Source of the DNA: Elusimicrobiota bacterium
Lineage (GTDB): Bacteria > Elusimicrobiota > Elusimicrobia > UBA1565 > JACRDR01
Length of the DNA: 64,000 nucleotides
Reading direction: 5' to 3'
Assembly: GCA_041694815.1 (NCBI GenBank)
Contig: JBGFSC010000047.1
Location: 64,001 to 128,000, forward strand
The position numbers were made by a program, and so were the translations under genes. Below, piece by piece: positions 63,351 through 64,000 of the stretch; the first letter of the stretch is position 1, and each line of letters begins with the position of its first letter. Under the pieces are notes generated by a model. It was not told the DNA's origin. It saw only the letters and a program-made list of their open reading frames with translations, and did no database searches.

Positions 63351-64000
63351 ATGAAAAAACAGTTAGGCTGGATCGCGCAATGGACGGGCGGGGAGCTCGA
63401 AGGCTCCCCGGACTACTGGATCGAAGGGGTCGCTGGGCTCGCGGAGGCCGGGGAAAAGGACATCGCGTTCCTGGAGAACCCGAAATACGCCCCGCAGGTG
63501 GCCTCGAGCCGGGCGGGCTGCGTCTTCCTGCCAATGGAGGCCAAGGGGCGTACCACCGGCGGGCCGAAAAACCGCATTTACGTCGTAGAGCCCAAATGGG
63601 CCTTCGCCCAGGTCCTGACCCTGCTGGAGGCGGATCTCAATCCCCCGCCCAAGCCCGGCATCCACCCGAAGGCGGAGGTGCATCCCGAGGCCGAGATCGG
63701 GCGCGACGTGAGCATAGGGGCCTTCGCCGTAATCGAGCGCTCGGCCGTGCTCGCCGACGGCGCGGCCGTCGGGCCGCAATGCTACGTGGGCGCCCGCGCG
63801 AAGGTCGGCAAGGGAACACGCCTCTACCCGCAGGTGGTGCTGCGCGAGGGCTGCGTGCTGGGCGAGCGCGTGATCGTCCATTCCGGGACCGTGATCGGAT
63901 CCGACGGCTACGGCTTTTCCACCGATCCTAAAACGGGCGCGCACCGCAAGGTCCCCCAGATAGGCAACGTGGTCGTAGGCGACGACGTCGAGATCGGATC
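63351..64000 (+). CDS. lpxD: UDP-3-O-acyl-glucosamine N-acyltransferase, runs off the right edge
   Basis: Manual translation MKKQLGWIAQWTGGELEG...IAFLENPKY...GIHPKAEV, hexapeptide repeats, IHSGTVIGSDGYGF...KVPQIGNVVVGDDVEIG. Confidence 0.92.
   Translation, partial: MKKQLGWIAQWTGGELEGSPDYWIEGVAGLAEAGEKDIAFLENPKYAPQVASSRAGCVFLPMEAKGRTTGGPKNRIYVVEPKWAFAQVLTLLEADLNPPPKPGIHPKAEVHPEAEIGRDVSIGAFAVIERSAVLADGAAVGPQCYVGARAKVGKGTRLYPQVVLREGCVLGERVIVHSGTVIGSDGYGFSTDPKTGAHRKVPQIGNVVVGDDVEIG

Noticed and set aside
1..64000. CRISPR array, rRNA/tRNA, IS or prophage
   Set aside because: No regularly spaced DNA repeats with unique spacers, no RNA-gene-sized gaps (largest intergenic regions are about 100-140 nt), and no transposase, integrase or phage genes were recognised.

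Overview
GC-rich, densely coding chromosomal window from a diderm (LPS-making) bacterium. The gene mix (PorV-like barrel, many GT-C enzymes, Ser/Thr-motif-rich exported proteins) suggests an Elusimicrobiota-like lineage, but this is inference only. Left to right: two divergent GT-C glycosyltransferases; four tandem secreted trypsin-like proteases; a PorV/PorQ-family barrel coupled to a cargo protein with a T9SS-type C-terminal domain; a GDP-heptose cassette with a polyprenol-P-sugar synthase; a signal-peptide-bearing TldD/TldE-like pair; a ~28 kb glycan-tailoring region (GT-Cs, DegT, GNAT, C-methyltransferase, Uxs-like, Wzx, B12 radical SAM, AsnB) containing an rfbF-rfbG deletion scar and an inserted RHH-PIN toxin-antitoxin module; pilMNOPQ running into two O-antigen-ligase-like genes; a 1416-aa beta-helix surface protein; a six-gene HAD / NTP-transferase / ATP-grasp / aminotransferase / oxidoreductase / CDP-alcohol phosphotransferase operon of unknown product; and bamA-skp-lpxD. 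No rRNA, tRNA, CRISPR, transposase or integrase was seen. Many starts were moved from the ORF track to GTG/TTG/ATG codons that overlap the upstream stop. The best candidates for undescribed biology are the six-gene operon (possible amino-polyol phospholipid or solute pathway), the T9SS-like PorV+cargo pair, the exported TldD/E pair and the multi-GT-C glycosylation system. All function calls come from motif recognition by eye, not database searches.
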